Of a DNA stretch of 64,000 bases, positions 63,681-64,000 are shown in pieces. The first letter of the stretch is position 1. Each line of letters begins with the position of its first letter. The stretch is from Octopus bimaculoides. Its lineage: Eukaryota. Made by a program: the position numbers and the translations under genes. The notes under the pieces are model-generated. The model made no database searches. It had not been told where the DNA came from and saw only the letters and a program-made list of their open reading frames with translations. Where the stretch lies: NCBI RefSeq assembly GCF_001194135.2, contig NC_068987.1:2675039-2739038 (forward strand), given 5' to 3'.

Positions 63681-64000
63681 TGAATGCATAAAAATATCAG
63701 GGAGAAAGTGGTGCAAGTGTAAATTATAGACACACAAACTTATACACAGCACTTTATATTTTAGCAATATAAACGCCGTGTGTGTTTATATACACACACA
63801 TATACACACACACCTACATATGAGGAAGTACATGCATGTCTATATTTTGTTTTGAGAATCTGTTTCTGTTGCTAAATTTATTCCTCCACACGCTCATTCA
63901 CAAAATGTGATATACTATTACGGTCTAGGTACACATGTGCCACATGTATATGTCACAGTTGTGTGTGTGTCTCCATATGTTTCATCTGTTTGTGTATATA

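Noticed and set aside
1-64000. Nearly all ORF-track entries (poly-HT, CV, YI, RE, SL peptides and X-runs)
   Set aside because: They are translations of microsatellites or N-gaps, with no domain content.

Overview
This is eukaryotic, AT-rich, non-coding DNA packed with microsatellites ((CA)n, (TA)n, (GA)n, (GAT)n). It has 18 N-gaps, most of them flanked by simple repeats. The dispersed repeats look like octopus (coleoid cephalopod) SINE families; this is recognised from memory, not from a database search. I found no intact host protein-coding gene, and almost every entry in the ORF track is a translated microsatellite or N-run. Supportable content: (i) five dispersed SINE-like families, labelled A-E here; (ii) three decayed LINE fragments (L1/Tx1-type RT at 2.1-3.1 kb, L1/Tx1-type ORF2 3' end at 8.2-8.8 kb, CR1/L2-type RT at 34.1-35.0 kb); (iii) three hAT-type MITEs with 8-bp target-site duplications, two of them nested in older repeats; (iv) a truncated tRNA-Val(UAC)-like pseudogene. 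The most notable signal is a set of minimal type I hammerhead-ribozyme (HHR) motifs of the kind known from Penelope-like elements and retrozymes. One sits at the 3' end of a tRNA-headed SINE (3577-3812, with a second truncated copy at 11.2 kb). One sits inside a 70/71-bp perfect inverted repeat (20101-20261). Three more are degenerate remnants. There is also a large-scale switch from CpG-retaining to CpG-depleted DNA at about 27 kb, which suggests a methylated domain or gene body to the right. Candidate regulatory elements include tandem NF-kB sites, an E2F-motif cluster and a CCAAT-CCAAT-TATA promoter. Repeat boundaries are estimated by eye (about +/-10-20 nt) unless stated as exact. Ribozyme activity is untested inference.
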